Shown: positions 36,797-46,784 of the stretch, one piece after another
Layout: each line of letters begins with the position of its first letter
Numbering within the stretch: position 1 is the first letter of the stretch
DNA from: Methanobacteriota archaeon
GTDB lineage: Archaea; Thermoplasmatota; Thermoplasmata; SG8-5; DAIRED01
Reading direction: 5' to 3'
Length of the DNA stretch: 64,000 nt
NCBI GenBank assembly: GCA_043799545.1
Contig: JAZDNO010000005.1
Span: 32,001 to 96,000, forward strand
Position numbers and translations under genes: made by a program
The notes under the pieces: model-generated
Seen by the model: the letters and a program-made list of their open reading frames with translations, nothing else
Told to the model about the DNA's origin: nothing
The model's database searches: none

Positions 36797-38320
36797 ATGA
36801 ATAAAAACTTAGCTAGGCTTGCGATGCTTCTCCTGGCGTCAATCGTGGTCGGCGCTTGCGCCGTTCCAGGCACAGTCAACGCGGCCCCGGCCGACGTGGT
36901 CGTTCTCAGGTTTGACAATTATTCAGAGGAGGTGGAGATGGGTGCGACGGCCCATTACCACCTTTCCTTTTACAACAACGGGACGACGTCGGTCTTTGTC
37001 CACGCCACGGTACAGAACGGTGAGGCGCATTGGGAGGTGAACGCCACCCCCGAGTTTGTAACGGTATACTCCGGCGGATACCTGGACGTGGCCGTGGAAA
37101 TCACGGCGCCGATGACCAGAGACTACCCGACCGAGACTGCGACCCTGACGGTAAACTTCACCGACCTCGAGACAGGCGAGGAATGGAGTGCGACCCAGTC
37201 GATGACGACGGAGCTGAGGGGCGGGGGAATAATACCCGAGCGCAAGATATTGGGGATTTTCGAAAACCCATTCCATTCGTCGTGGATGAACGGTCATTGG
37301 GGCGTATTCGTGTTGAACGTCATATCCACGGCCATAATCGCGCTGTTCTTGGTATTGATATTCCCGCCGATCGCCCGAAAGCTAACGGCCAAAACGGAGA
37401 CGAAACTCGACGACATGCTCATTGAAATTGTGAGAGGGCCAACGACTTTGATATTCATCCTGCTCATGTGTGTGGAATCGATGCGCTCGCTCCCCATCAC
37501 ATATAAAACGCTGCACTCGATAGAGGTCGGGTTCGACATCATTTTTGTCTTTGCTGGAGCATGGATGATTTATAAGATTTTCAAGGATGTGGTGATTTAC
37601 TACGCCAAGAAGATGTCGCAGGAGACGGAAACCGAGCTTGACGACGTGCTCATTCCGATAGCCGAGAAACTGGGGGCCATACTTATCGCCGTGGGGGCCA
37701 CGGCATTCATCATGAGGGATTTCGGAATCGACATCACAGTTCTTGTGGCGGGAATGGGCGTGCTGGGAGTCGTCATAGGTTTCGCCATGCAGGAGAGCCT
37801 TGGCAACTTTATCGGTGGCATATTCCTGCTGACGGACAGGCCGTTCAAGACCGGCGACGACATCCAGCTGCCGGACGGGACATACTGCAAGGTCATCCAT
37901 GTCGGCATGCGCACAACCAAGCTATACAGGAGCGTCTCGAAGGACATCATCATCCTCCCGAACAGCGACATCGCAAACAAGCCTATAATCAACCTGACCC
38001 AGCCAGACCGTTTGATAGGCGCCAACGTCAAGGTCGGCGTGGCCTACGACTCGGACATGGAGAAAGTGAAGAAAATCATGTTTGAGATTGTCAACGCTCA
38101 CCCGGACATCTCGCACGCGGAAGAGTTCGCCCCCCTGTTCAGACTCTCTGAGTTCGCCGACTCGTCTGTGAACGTCACGATGTTCTTCTCAGTCAAGGAC
38201 CTGAGCAACATGTGGCGCGTCCAGAGCGAAGTGCGCGAGGAGATATTCAAACGCTTCGCGGCCGAGGGCGTGGAGATACCGTTCCCGCAGCGCGTCGTCC
38301 ACCTCAAGAAGGACGCCTAG
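36797..38320 (+). CDS. MscS family mechanosensitive channel with N-terminal signal peptide and Ig-like domain
   Basis: GMGVLGVVIGFAMQESLGNFIGG, RPFKTGD, GMRTTKL, IEIPFPQ-type VEIPFPQR. Confidence 0.92.
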   Translation: MNKNLARLAMLLLASIVVGACAVPGTVNAAPADVVVLRFDNYSEEVEMGATAHYHLSFYNNGTTSVFVHATVQNGEAHWEVNATPEFVTVYSGGYLDVAVEITAPMTRDYPTETATLTVNFTDLETGEEWSATQSMTTELRGGGIIPERKILGIFENPFHSSWMNGHWGVFVLNVISTAIIALFLVLIFPPIARKLTAKTETKLDDMLIEIVRGPTTLIFILLMCVESMRSLPITYKTLHSIEVGFDIIFVFAGAWMIYKIFKDVVIYYAKKMSQETETELDDVLIPIAEKLGAILIAVGATAFIMRDFGIDITVLVAGMGVLGVVIGFAMQESLGNFIGGIFLLTDRPFKTGDDIQLPDGTYCKVIHVGMRTTKLYRSVSKDIIILPNSDIANKPIINLTQPDRLIGANVKVGVAYDSDMEKVKKIMFEIVNAHPDISHAEEFAPLFRLSEFADSSVNVTMFFSVKDLSNMWRVQSEVREEIFKRFAAEGVEIPFPQRVVHLKKDA

Positions 38321-38357
38321 CCAACCTTTTTAACGCGGCAAGCGCTTTTCGGCGGCA

Positions 38358-39260
38358 ATGAAAGTCGTCGTCCTGGGCGCGGGAGCGCTCGGCAGCCTTT
38401 TCGGCGGAAAGCTGGCACTATCGCATGATGTCGTTCTCGTCGGTCGAGAGGCCCATGTCGCGGCAATCGGGCGGAAAGGGCTCAGAATCGCCGGGGCGAA
38501 GCGAACCCCGGCGAGGATAAAAGCCGTGACGAACGCATCGGGTTTGGAACGTCCAGACCTGCTCCTGGTGACTGTGAAATCGTACGACACGGCGGCTGCC
38601 ATGCGGGGCGCCCGCGGCCTCATAGGCCCCCCCACGACCGTATTATCGCTGCAGAACGGGATAACGACCCTGGACATACTGGACAAGTGCGTGCCAAAAG
38701 GGCGGCTCATCGGCGGGTGGACGAGCCACGGGGCGACCGTGCTGGAGCCGGGCGCAATCCGGCACGCCGGTGCGGGCGACACCGTGATAGGGGAGCTGGA
38801 CGGTCGCCGCAGCGCGCGCACCGAGGAGATTGCCCGAGCGTTCTCCGAATCGGGCATTAAAACGATTCTGAGCCGCGACATCAGACGCGAGATTTGGCTC
38901 AAGGGGCTCGTGAATTCAGCAATCAACCCGCTGACCGGAATCGTCCGATGCGAGAACGGCGAAATCGCGTCGAACAGCGAGCTTTCGTGCGTTGCCAAGA
39001 TGATTTGCGAGGAAGGCTCCGAAGTGGCCAGAGCGTCTGGATTCGACATCGGCGCTGGCGAGGCGTTCCGTCGCACAATGCGCGTCGCCGTGCAGACCGC
39101 CCGCAACCGCTCCAGCATGCTCCAGGACATCGAACTGGGGCGCCGGACGGAGGTTGACTTCCTAAACGGCGCAATTACCGAACTGGCATACAGGTACAAG
39201 ATCGAAGCGCCAGTGAACGGCGCGTTGACTTCGATAATAAAGGCGATATCGAAATCTTGA
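38358..39260 (+). CDS. panE: 2-dehydropantoate 2-reductase
   Basis: VLGAGALG, TVKSYD, LQNG, WLKGLVNSAINP, SSMLQD..RRTEVDFLNG. Confidence 0.93.
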   Translation: MKVVVLGAGALGSLFGGKLALSHDVVLVGREAHVAAIGRKGLRIAGAKRTPARIKAVTNASGLERPDLLLVTVKSYDTAAAMRGARGLIGPPTTVLSLQNGITTLDILDKCVPKGRLIGGWTSHGATVLEPGAIRHAGAGDTVIGELDGRRSARTEEIARAFSESGIKTILSRDIRREIWLKGLVNSAINPLTGIVRCENGEIASNSELSCVAKMICEEGSEVARASGFDIGAGEAFRRTMRVAVQTARNRSSMLQDIELGRRTEVDFLNGAITELAYRYKIEAPVNGALTSIIKAISKS

Positions 39261-39337
39261 GATGTGCGGTCCTTCGTCGGGGCGGTTTGGCCGGTGAAGG
39301 TTTATATAGCCCGATACCCATACCAGACAACGAGACC

Positions 39338-39586
39338 ATGAAGACGTACATGAAGGTCATGTTCAACAGCGAGGGGGCGCGCCCATCCGAAATAGTCTCC
39401 AGGCTGCACATGTTGGGCTTCAGGCCGACCCATGGCAACTACGACTTCATATACGACTGGGACCACAATGCGACCGTGGAGGACGCCTTTTTCCTGGCGG
39501 ACAAGGTGCATGAGGTCCTGAGGGGCATGAACGTCATCTTCAAGCTGGAGACAGAATCCATCCAGGGCTCCAGCGACATGGATTGA
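39338..39586 (+). CDS. Small conserved hypothetical protein
   Basis: TATA TTTATATA at 39301-39308; FNSEGARPSE..G.YDF.YDW; start at ATG 39338. Confidence 0.75.
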   Translation: MKTYMKVMFNSEGARPSEIVSRLHMLGFRPTHGNYDFIYDWDHNATVEDAFFLADKVHEVLRGMNVIFKLETESIQGSSDMD

Positions 39587-39648
39587 GACGTTATTCGGGT
39601 TTTAAAAAAAAATGGTAGGGCGAGCTTGCGCCCTACCGGCCATCCGGA

Positions 39649-39867
39649 CTACTGGTCCGTGAGCTGGCACACGGACGTCACTGCACGGTCGCCCGAAATG
39701 ACTTCCTGGGCTTTCGCCAGGTTCACTATCAGGTTCACGTACTCCTTGCCGTCCTTCGACGAGTACTTCTGCGCCGCCGCGAACGCTTCGGACGAGATGC
39801 TCATCTTGAGCGCCCCGCCGTTCGTGGACTTCCGCATGTACCCGACCAGGGTAGAGTTTTTCTGCAC
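39649..39867 (-). CDS. Small conserved hypothetical protein (LVGYMRKS..GGALKMSI)
   Basis: SD GGAGGTG then GTG 39867; only this 3' part of the 39649..40506 track ORF looks coding. Confidence 0.75.
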   Translation of the reverse strand: MQKNSTLVGYMRKSTNGGALKMSISSEAFAAAQKYSSKDGKEYVNLIVNLAKAQEVISGDRAVTSVCQLTDQ

Positions 39868-40059
39868 TTTTTTCACCTCCGTTGGTTTCTGTGGCCGCAG
39901 GCAACGGTTGCCTTGCAGTGATTTCCGACAAACACCACCCCGTGAAAATACCTGTCCGTACATGTACTGGGAACTTGGCGGGTGCCCGCGTGGGCGCAAC
40001 CAAAAGCTTATAAATGGGGCAAAAGCAACTTTATATTCATTCAAAGCAATTACCGGAGC

Positions 40060-40581
40060 ATGGTTGAGAGGAAGGTCCGTGGAAGCGTCATCAACGGATA
40101 CATGAAGTTCATAGAGAAGAACTGGGGGAAGGACGGGGCCGAGCGGTGCAGGAAGGAGACGAACCTGGCGGACATCGAAATAAAGGACGGAATTCACTAT
40201 CCGAATGCGATGCTTCTCGCGGTCATCAAATGGATATCGAAGAATTATGGCATCGCTCACATGCGCAGGGCCGGGAACCACGCGGTAAAGAATCTCGGAT
40301 TGCTGGCATACATAGTGCGCTTCTCGTCGATAGAGCACATGCTGAAGAAGTCCAACGACGCCTACCGCGAGGCATACGGCTTCGGCGAGGTGGATTTGAT
40401 TTTCAAACCGCATCACGCGACCGCGCGCATGAAGGATGTCAGCGAAATACCAGAGAACTGCGAGGGCTGGATAGGGGCGCTGGAGGCCCTGCTCGAACTG
40501 ACGCACACAAAGGGCAAAGTAATAAAGACTAAGTGCCAGCTCAAAGGCGACGAACGGTGCGAGTACGAGATTGAATGGTGA
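40060..40581 (+). CDS. DUF2378/V4R-like protein
   Basis: VRGSVING, NCEGWIGALE, KCQLKGDERCEYEIEW. Confidence 0.75.
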   Translation: MVERKVRGSVINGYMKFIEKNWGKDGAERCRKETNLADIEIKDGIHYPNAMLLAVIKWISKNYGIAHMRRAGNHAVKNLGLLAYIVRFSSIEHMLKKSNDAYREAYGFGEVDLIFKPHHATARMKDVSEIPENCEGWIGALEALLELTHTKGKVIKTKCQLKGDERCEYEIEW

Positions 40582-40593
40582 GCGCCAGCGGCA

Positions 40594-41139
40594 TCAGGCA
40601 GGCTTGCATATTATCTCGTTGACCCTGAGGTCGAGGAATCTGTTGGCATGCGCCGGCGTCAGGACGGCGGCGGTGTCCGCTCCGGACCCGGTGCCTCCGA
40701 TCGCAATCACCGGACCGCCCGAGAGCTCCCCCGCGTCCGCAGCCATGACGGAGATTTCGACGCACACCTTGACCCCCTGGCCGAACAAGCGGAGGGTTTC
40801 AGCCACGATTTGCGTTGGATAGATGCCCTGGAACTTCGAGTTGAACGAGCGCTCGATCCCGCTTAGGGCGTGCGTCCCGGTTACTATGATAGCGCCGTGG
40901 TCCGCGAGCCCGTCCATGACGCTCTCCTTCATCTCCTGCTGCCACGGCTTGGCGAATCCGGCGTGGTGCGTGACTACAACAACCTTGGAGCCCTTGAAAG
41001 CCTTCATCGCCATCACGGCGGTCTTTCCGGTTGCGCTCGCGACGACTATTTCCTTTATCCCAAGTTCCGCCGCCCGCTCGACCGCGGCTTCGACGGTCTT
41101 CTCGCTGTTCTCCGGACCCGGCTTTTCCCAGACCTTCAT
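40594..41139 (-). CDS. Pyruvate kinase C-terminal (alpha/beta) domain protein
   Basis: KPGPENS, IVVASATGKTA, GTHALSG, FGQGVKVCVEI.VMAADAG, GADTA. Confidence 0.9.
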   Translation of the reverse strand: MKVWEKPGPENSEKTVEAAVERAAELGIKEIVVASATGKTAVMAMKAFKGSKVVVVTHHAGFAKPWQQEMKESVMDGLADHGAIIVTGTHALSGIERSFNSKFQGIYPTQIVAETLRLFGQGVKVCVEISVMAADAGELSGGPVIAIGGTGSGADTAAVLTPAHANRFLDLRVNEIICKPA

Positions 41140-41147
41140 CCCTCACC

Positions 41148-42500
41148 TCAGATGTTTATCATCCTGTCCGTCTCCCAAGCAGTAACCTGGGAGCGGTACT
41201 CGTTCCACTCCTTTGACTTGACGGTTATGAAGTGGTCGAAGAGGTGCTTCCCCAGTACGTCCTGGACCAGCTTGCTACCCTCCATGCACGCGATGGCGTG
41301 GCCGAGACTCTCTGGCAGGTTGTCTATGCCCATCTTCTCCCTCTCCTTCGGGGGTATGCGGAAGATGTCCTTTTCCACAGGCTCCGGAGGCGCCATCTTC
41401 TTCTCGATTCCCTTCAGACCTGAGGCTATCATGACCGCGAACTGGAGGTACGGATTTCCCGCCGGATCGGGGTTGCGCATCTCCATCCTCGTGCTCTTCC
41501 CCCTTCCGGCGGGCACGCGAACTAGAGAGCTGCGGTTCTTGTTGGCCCAGCAGATATATACCGGAGCCTCGTAACCGGGCACAAGCCTTTTGTACGAATT
41601 CACCCGCGAGGCCAGGACCGCGCAGGTTTCCTTGGCATGCGCGAGCAGGCCAGCCATGTAACTGCATGACAAGTCGCTGAGCTCGTACTTCCCGGCTGGG
41701 TCGTAGAATAGGTTCTTGCCCGCAGGGTCCGCGAGCGACTGGTGCACGTGCATCCCGCTGCCGTTCCGGCCGAAGAACGGCTTGGGCATGAATGTGGCGT
41801 GTAGTCCGTGGGACTTGGCGGCGGTCTTTATGGCGTCCTTGAGCAGGAAGACCCTGTCGGCGCAGGAGAGCGCGTCCCCGTAGCGCAGGTCTATCTCGTG
41901 CTGCCCGGACGAGACTTCATGATGGGTCGCCTCGACGTCGGCGCCCGACTCTATCAGGAAGTTGACCGTGTCCTTGCGCACCAGCTCCCCGCTGTCCATC
42001 GCCATCATGTCGAAGTAGCCGCCCCTGTCGTTCGGAACGAGCTTCGGGGCGCCGTTTTCCTCGGTTTCCAATAGGAAGAACTCGTATTCAGGGCCGACGT
42101 TGCACTGGTAGCCAAGCTCCCTGGCCGCGTTCAGCACGCGCTCGAGCGCCCAGCGCGGGTCCCCCTCGAACCTCTTGCCAGAGGTGTCGTGGATGTCGCA
42201 GATGAACCTTCCAGTCTTGCGCATCCCGTTCTCCCAGGGCAGCACGACGAACGTAGACAAATCCGGTATGGCCCGCCTGTCGCTCTCGTCTATCGTCGCG
42301 TAGCCCATCACCGACGAGCCGTCGAACGCCACCCCTTCGTCTATGACGCTCTCGAGCCTCTTCGTCGGAACCGAGACCATCTTCGGAACGCCCACTATGT
42401 CCATGAATGCGAACTGGATGAAGCGGACGTTCTCCCGCTTGACCTTGGTCAGAATCTCCTCGCGCGCCTCCGCCCCGTTCTTTCTCCTCTCTGCGCTCAT
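41148..42500 (-). CDS. glnA: Glutamine synthetase type I
   Basis: FDGSS, GPEYEFF, HHEV..GQHEI, FMPKP..NGSGMH.H, KRLVPGYEAP, R.EMRNPD. Confidence 0.97.
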   Translation of the reverse strand: MSAERRKNGAEAREEILTKVKRENVRFIQFAFMDIVGVPKMVSVPTKRLESVIDEGVAFDGSSVMGYATIDESDRRAIPDLSTFVVLPWENGMRKTGRFICDIHDTSGKRFEGDPRWALERVLNAARELGYQCNVGPEYEFFLLETEENGAPKLVPNDRGGYFDMMAMDSGELVRKDTVNFLIESGADVEATHHEVSSGQHEIDLRYGDALSCADRVFLLKDAIKTAAKSHGLHATFMPKPFFGRNGSGMHVHQSLADPAGKNLFYDPAGKYELSDLSCSYMAGLLAHAKETCAVLASRVNSYKRLVPGYEAPVYICWANKNRSSLVRVPAGRGKSTRMEMRNPDPAGNPYLQFAVMIASGLKGIEKKMAPPEPVEKDIFRIPPKEREKMGIDNLPESLGHAIACMEGSKLVQDVLGKHLFDHFITVKSKEWNEYRSQVTAWETDRMINI

Positions 42501-42542
42501 GATGGGACGGATGCCCATTAATCGTTTAAAATTACCGATTCC

Positions 42543-42698
42543 TCACTTTAAAACGAAATAGACCATCATCGCGTAGCCTGCCAGCGCCATCCCGAACGAT
42601 ATCGCCGCAGAGAGCCAGAGAACCCGGCGCCTCCGGTTGAAATCCTTCTCCGTGGGCGGAGGCGTGTAATCCAGAACGTTGTTTATGGGTGGTTCCAT
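42543..42698 (-). CDS. Small single-TM protein (51 aa) directly downstream of atpD; below the ORF-track cutoff
   Basis: MEPPINNVLDYTPPPTEKDFNRRRRVLWLSAAISFGMALAGYAMMVYFVLK; ATG 2 nt after the atpD stop. Confidence 0.6.
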   Translation of the reverse strand: MEPPINNVLDYTPPPTEKDFNRRRRVLWLSAAISFGMALAGYAMMVYFVLK

Positions 42699-42700
42699 TG

Positions 42701-43330
42701 TCACGCCTTGGCCTTGTTCTTTATCCGCTTCAGCCTGAAGGTGTTCTCCCGCTCCATCTCCTCGAGCCTCATCTCGATGAACTTCTCGCCCGCTTCCAGC
42801 CCGGGGATTATCTTGTATTCGAGCGCGTTCACGCGGCGCTTCGTGCGCTCGATCTCCGTCACCAGTTTCTTCATCGTCGTCTCCAATTCCGCAGCCTTTA
42901 TGACGTCCTCGACCAGGTCCTCGAACGATTTTGCAGCGTCGTTGACGTAAGCCGAGGTTCCGACCAGACCGTATCCGCGCTCCTCTATGCGGTTGCGCAC
43001 CCTGTCCGCTGTGACCACGGGCACGACCACGCCCATCACGTTCCGCGAGCTCAAACCGATTTCCGGATGCCTGTTCAGGGCGAAAGCCGCGGACTTGACA
43101 GCGAGAGAGCCCTCGACAGCCGCCGCGACGGCGATGTCCTGCCTGGCGCTCTCGTATTTCGCGGAGAGCTTTGACCTCATCTCCTTGGCGCTCTCCATTA
43201 TCTCGAAGAAGTTCAGTATCAGACCCTCCATCTTCATCTTGAGTATCTTGTGACCCTTTCGGGACACGACAATCTTCCTCTTTATCGCGAGCAATTCGGA
43301 ACGGGTGGGCTTGACGTCTGTCTGTGCCAT
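42701..43330 (-). CDS. atpD: A/V-type ATP synthase subunit D
   Basis: KPTRSEL, GHKILKMK, TKRRVNALE. Confidence 0.97.
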   Translation of the reverse strand: MAQTDVKPTRSELLAIKRKIVVSRKGHKILKMKMEGLILNFFEIMESAKEMRSKLSAKYESARQDIAVAAAVEGSLAVKSAAFALNRHPEIGLSSRNVMGVVVPVVTADRVRNRIEERGYGLVGTSAYVNDAAKSFEDLVEDVIKAAELETTMKKLVTEIERTKRRVNALEYKIIPGLEAGEKFIEMRLEEMERENTFRLKRIKNKAKA

Positions 43331-43337
43331 CTTTACC

Positions 43338-44738
43338 TCACTTCGCCGGCGCCGCCACCGCGGCAGCGGCTTTGTTTTTCGGGTGGTACTTCTTCACGTA
43401 CTTCTCGTCAATCCTCACAAGGTCCTCGACGGGCAGGGTCGACAGCAGTTCCCAGGAAAGATCAAGGTCCTCTTTTATGGTCCTATCCTCGCCAAGGCCT
43501 TGCCTCACGAACCTGTCCTCGAAAAGCTCGGCGAAATCGAGGAACTTCCTGTCGCGCTCGGAAAGCGCGTCCTTGCCTATGATGGCGACGATGCCCCGTA
43601 TGTCCTTCCCCTCCGCGTAGGCCGCGTACAGCTGGTCCGAAACGACCTTGTGGTCCTCCCGGGTCCTGCCGGGGCCGATGCCGGCGTTCATCAGCCTCGA
43701 CAGAGACGACGATACGTCTATCGGGGGGTAAATCCCCTTCCTATGCAGGTCCCTCGATGCGACTATCTGACCCTCGGTGATGTATCCCGTGAGGTCGGGT
43801 ATGGGATGGGTGATGTCGTCACCAGGCATCGTGAGGATGGGTATCTGGGTGATCGAACCGGATTTGCCCTTAATCCTCCCGGCCCTCTCGTACAGCGAAG
43901 CCAGGTCCGTCTACATGTAACCGGGATAGCCGCGCCTGCCCGGCACCTCTTCGCGCGCGGCCCCTATCTGCCGCAGCGCCTCGCAGTAGTTGGTCAGGTC
44001 TGTCAGGATGACGAGCACGTGCATCCCCAGCTCGAAAGCCAGGTACTCGGCCGTTGTCAGGGCCAGCCTGGGGGTGATTATTCGCTCGATTGCCGGGTCG
44101 TCCGCCAGGTTCAGGAAGACCACCGCCCTCGCGAGCGCACCCGTCCTCTCGAAACTGTCCATGAAGTGCCCGGCCTCCTCATGGGTGATTCCCATTGCAG
44201 CAAAGACGACTGCGAAGTCCTCTCCCTTGCCCAGAACCTTTGCCTGCCGCGCAATCTGGAGGGCAATCTCGTTGTGAGGCAGTCCCGAGCCGGAGAAGAT
44301 TGGCAACTTCTGTCCACGGACCAAAGTGTTCATGCAGTCCAAGGATGAGATTCCCGTCTGTATGAACTCCTTGGGCGAGTCGCGGGCGTACGGGTTGATG
44401 GCTGCGCCGACAATGTCCAGCTTCTTGTCGGGAATGACCGGCGGCCCACCGTCGAGGGGGACGCCCGAGCCGGAGAGTATCCTGCCGAGCACCTCCTTCG
44501 AGACAGGCATCTTGAGGGTCTCGCCGAGGAACCTGACGCCGCAGCTGCGGTCTATCCCGGTCGTGCCCTCGAATATCTGCACGACGACGAGGTCTTTGGA
44601 TGTGTCCAGCACCTGGCCGCGCTTGGTCGAGCCGTCGCCGAGCTGCACGCTGACGAGCTCGCCGTACATCACCGGGTCTGTCTTCTCCACGAAAACCAGC
44701 GGCCCCGCAATCTGCGCGATGGTCCTGTAGTCCTTCAT
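43338..44738 (-). CDS. atpB: A/V-type ATP synthase subunit B, interrupted by one in-frame TAG at 43911-43913
   Basis: Both track fragments lie in one frame; read-through gives [20 protein letters not shown], with the stop at the conserved Tyr of GYMYTDL. Confidence 0.95.
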
Positions 44739-46474
44739 ATCGCTCCCCCCTTCAGCTTGGCCATCTCCGGAGCCAGGGCGCCCGTCACCCTCTCCAAGAT
44801 GGCGTCGACGTCCTTTTCGAACTTGGCCTTCGCCAGCTCGACCTTGAGCGGGTGGGAGACCAGGTCCTGCAGCGGCACGCCGCGCTGGAGCGCCTCCGAC
44901 GCGGTGTCTGAGAAGGTCTTGATGGCTCTCATCATGTTGAACTGCCTCTTCAACGGGCTGTAGGTGTCAACGTCGTGGTACGCGTTCTGCTGGAGGAACA
45001 TCTCCCTTATCATCCTCGCAATCTCCAGCGTCAGGCGCTGGTCCTCCGGGAGCGCGTCGGAGCCGACTATCTGGACAATCTCCTGGAGTTCCGACTCCCT
45101 CTGCAACGTCGCCATCGCCCAGCCCCTCTGCGCGCTCCACTCAGGAGCGACGTTGTTCTCGTACCAGCCGTCCAGTAGGCCCGTGTAGAGCGAATAGGAC
45201 GTGAGCCAGTTGATGGCCGGGAAATGCCTCCTCTCCCTGAGCTTCGTGTCAAGGGCCCAGAAGCACTTGACGATTCTCCAGGTGCTCTGGGTGACTGGCT
45301 CGCTGAAATCCCCACCCGCGGGCGAGACCGCGCCTATGACGGAGATAGATCCGGTGCCGCTGCCGAGGGTGGTCGCCCTGCCCGCCCTCTCGTAGAACTC
45401 GGCCAGCTTCGCCGACAGGTAGGCCGGATAGCCCTCTTCGCCGGGCATCTCCTCGAGTCTTGACGAAATCTCCCTCATCGCCTCCGCCCATCTGGAGGTG
45501 GAGTCTGCCATGAGCGACACGTCGAAGCCCATGTCCCTGTAATACTCGGCGATGGTCATGCCAGTGTAAACAGAGACCTCCCTCGCGGCGACCGGCATGT
45601 TGGACGTGTTGGCGATGAGCACTGTCCTGTTGATGAGGGGCTTGCCATTTTTCGGGTCGGTCAGGCGGGGGAATTCCGTCAGCACTTCGGTCATCTCGTT
45701 CCCGCGCTCCCCGCATCCCACGTAGACGACGATGTCGGCGTCGCTCCATTTTGCGAACTGATGCTGGGTGACCGTCTTGCCGGTTCCGAAGCCGCCCGGT
45801 ATGGCCGCGGTTCCGCCCTTGGCTATCGGAAACAACGTGTCGAGGACGCGCTGCCCCGTGATGAGCGGCAGGTCTGGCCGCATCCTTTCTGTAACCGGTC
45901 GTGGTTTCCTTGCGGGCCAGCGGTGCATCGCCGCGATGGTCGTCCCGTTGTCGAGTTTGAGTATCGGCTCCTCGACCGTGCGCTCCCCCGGATTAACCTC
46001 GGAGACTGTCCCCGAGACCTTGGGCGGCGCCAGTATCCTGTGCGGCAGCCCGTTCTCCACGGTCGTCGCCACGACCTGTCCGCCTGCAACCTTGGCTCCT
46101 GGCGCCACCGTGACTTTGATCGGCCATCTTTTCGAGCGGTCGAGGCCGTTGGCCGTGATACCTCTCTCTATGAAATTGCCCTTCTTCTCCATGAGCACCT
46201 GGAGCGGGCGCTGTATCCCGTCGTAGATGCTGCTGAGCAGCCCGGGGCCTAGCTCGACGGAAAGTGGCTCCCCAGTATTGAAGGCCGGCTCCCCCGGCTT
46301 GATTCCGGTCGTGTCCTCGTAGACCTGGACGATGGAGCGGTCGCCGCGAATCTGAATCACCTCGCCCATCAGGCGCTCGCTCCCCGCGAACACCACGTCG
46401 TACATCCTGGGCATTATGCCCTTTATCGTCACGACCGGTCCCGCAATCCTGTATATCTCCCCTTGCTGGTTCAT
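44735..46474 (-). CDS. atpA: A/V-type ATP synthase subunit A
   Basis: [34 protein letters not shown]; no intein seen. Confidence 0.98.
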   Translation of the reverse strand: MNQQGEIYRIAGPVVTIKGIMPRMYDVVFAGSERLMGEVIQIRGDRSIVQVYEDTTGIKPGEPAFNTGEPLSVELGPGLLSSIYDGIQRPLQVLMEKKGNFIERGITANGLDRSKRWPIKVTVAPGAKVAGGQVVATTVENGLPHRILAPPKVSGTVSEVNPGERTVEEPILKLDNGTTIAAMHRWPARKPRPVTERMRPDLPLITGQRVLDTLFPIAKGGTAAIPGGFGTGKTVTQHQFAKWSDADIVVYVGCGERGNEMTEVLTEFPRLTDPKNGKPLINRTVLIANTSNMPVAAREVSVYTGMTIAEYYRDMGFDVSLMADSTSRWAEAMREISSRLEEMPGEEGYPAYLSAKLAEFYERAGRATTLGSGTGSISVIGAVSPAGGDFSEPVTQSTWRIVKCFWALDTKLRERRHFPAINWLTSYSLYTGLLDGWYENNVAPEWSAQRGWAMATLQRESELQEIVQIVGSDALPEDQRLTLEIARMIREMFLQQNAYHDVDTYSPLKRQFNMMRAIKTFSDTASEALQRGVPLQDLVSHPLKVELAKAKFEKDVDAILERVTGALAPEMAKLKGGAI

Positions 46475-46478
46475 CCGC

Positions 46479-46784
46479 TCATCCCTCCGTTCTGTAAAGG
46501 TCTATTCCTATTGCCCTCTTCACCTTCTCCCTGAGGTCGTCGTCCTTCCCCCCTATGGCGATGAAGACTGGGTGGATGCTGTCCAGCATCCTCGCCCTGA
46601 TGGACGACGGCAGGGCGGAGACCTCGTCCGCGTGGACGACGACGATGCCGAGCTTGGCGCTCCTCATCGCTTTGTGTATCTCGTCCTCTATTTCGCCCTT
46701 TTCGACCTGAATTATGTTTCGTATTCCAGCGAGCCTGAATCCTAGGACGAACTGCTCGCTCCCCAGCGCGGCGATGTCCGTCAT
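46479..46784 (-). CDS. atpF: ATP synthase subunit F
   Basis: LGFRLAG, LREKVKRAIGIDL. Confidence 0.93.
   Translation of the reverse strand: MTDIAALGSEQFVLGFRLAGIRNIIQVEKGEIEDEIHKAMRSAKLGIVVVHADEVSALPSSIRARMLDSIHPVFIAIGGKDDDLREKVKRAIGIDLYRTEG

Noticed and set aside
39649-40506. 285-aa minus-strand ORF
   Set aside because: Most of it is antisense to the V4R-like gene; only 39649..39867 has an SD and coding-like sequence.
43338-44738. atpB as two genes, an intein-split gene, or evidence of genome-wide TAG recoding
   Set aside because: The halves are in frame with exactly one codon affected and no insertion. TAG terminates many genes here, including convergent CTAG overlaps.
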